Origin: Vicugna vicugna
Taxonomy: Eukaryota
Assembly: GCA_013265495.1 (NCBI GenBank)
Contig: MU057989.1
Coordinates: 62,001-126,000 of the forward strand
DNA length: 64,000 nucleotides
Direction of reading: 5' to 3'
A program made the translations under genes and the position numbers. Shown in pieces: positions 63,904-64,000 of this stretch. Every line of letters begins with the position of its first letter. Positions within the stretch are counted from its first letter, which is position 1. Below the pieces are notes generated by a model that worked only from the letters and a program-made list of their open reading frames with translations, was not told the DNA's origin and made no database searches.

Positions 63904-64000
63904 ATGCCCCTGCCTGAGCCCAGTGAACAGGAAGGTGAGAGCGTGAAGGCCGGCCAGGAGCCCTCCCCTGAGTCCCCTGAGATGGGCACAGATGTCGTCC
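63904..64000 (+). CDS. FLYWCH1: FLYWCH-type zinc finger 1, start of first coding exon (exon starts at 63802; truncated by window end)
   Basis: MPLPEPSEQEGESVKAGQEPSPESPEMGTDVV, near-identical to the FLYWCH2 N-terminus. The FLYWCH1 call rests on recalled synteny; the zinc fingers lie outside the window. Confidence 0.8.
   Translation, partial: MPLPEPSEQEGESVKAGQEPSPESPEMGTDVV

Overview
Mammalian genomic DNA, most likely camelid, inferred from abundant tRNA-derived Vic-1-like SINEs. From left to right it holds: the last exon of ELOB (+); the complete SRRM2 gene (-, 14 coding exons, about 2749 aa by manual splicing, with a 6.7-kb exon and a CpG-island promoter near 19.5-20.3 kb); a repeat-rich interval; FLYWCH2 (+, about 144 aa); and the 5' end of FLYWCH1 (+, CDS truncated at the window edge). 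The main unexplained structure is an old tandem duplication, about 29.1-41.8 kb repeated from about 42.1 kb to the window end. It suggests FLYWCH2 arose as a partial 5' copy of FLYWCH1 and recruited its last exon from duplicated intergenic DNA. Other signals are recent gene conversion around the shared coding exon, CpG decay of one duplicated promoter, and a candidate L2-derived poison exon in SRRM2. I see no evidence for a wholly new gene family. Alignments and repeat-family names are by eye or from memory, and repeat boundaries are approximate.
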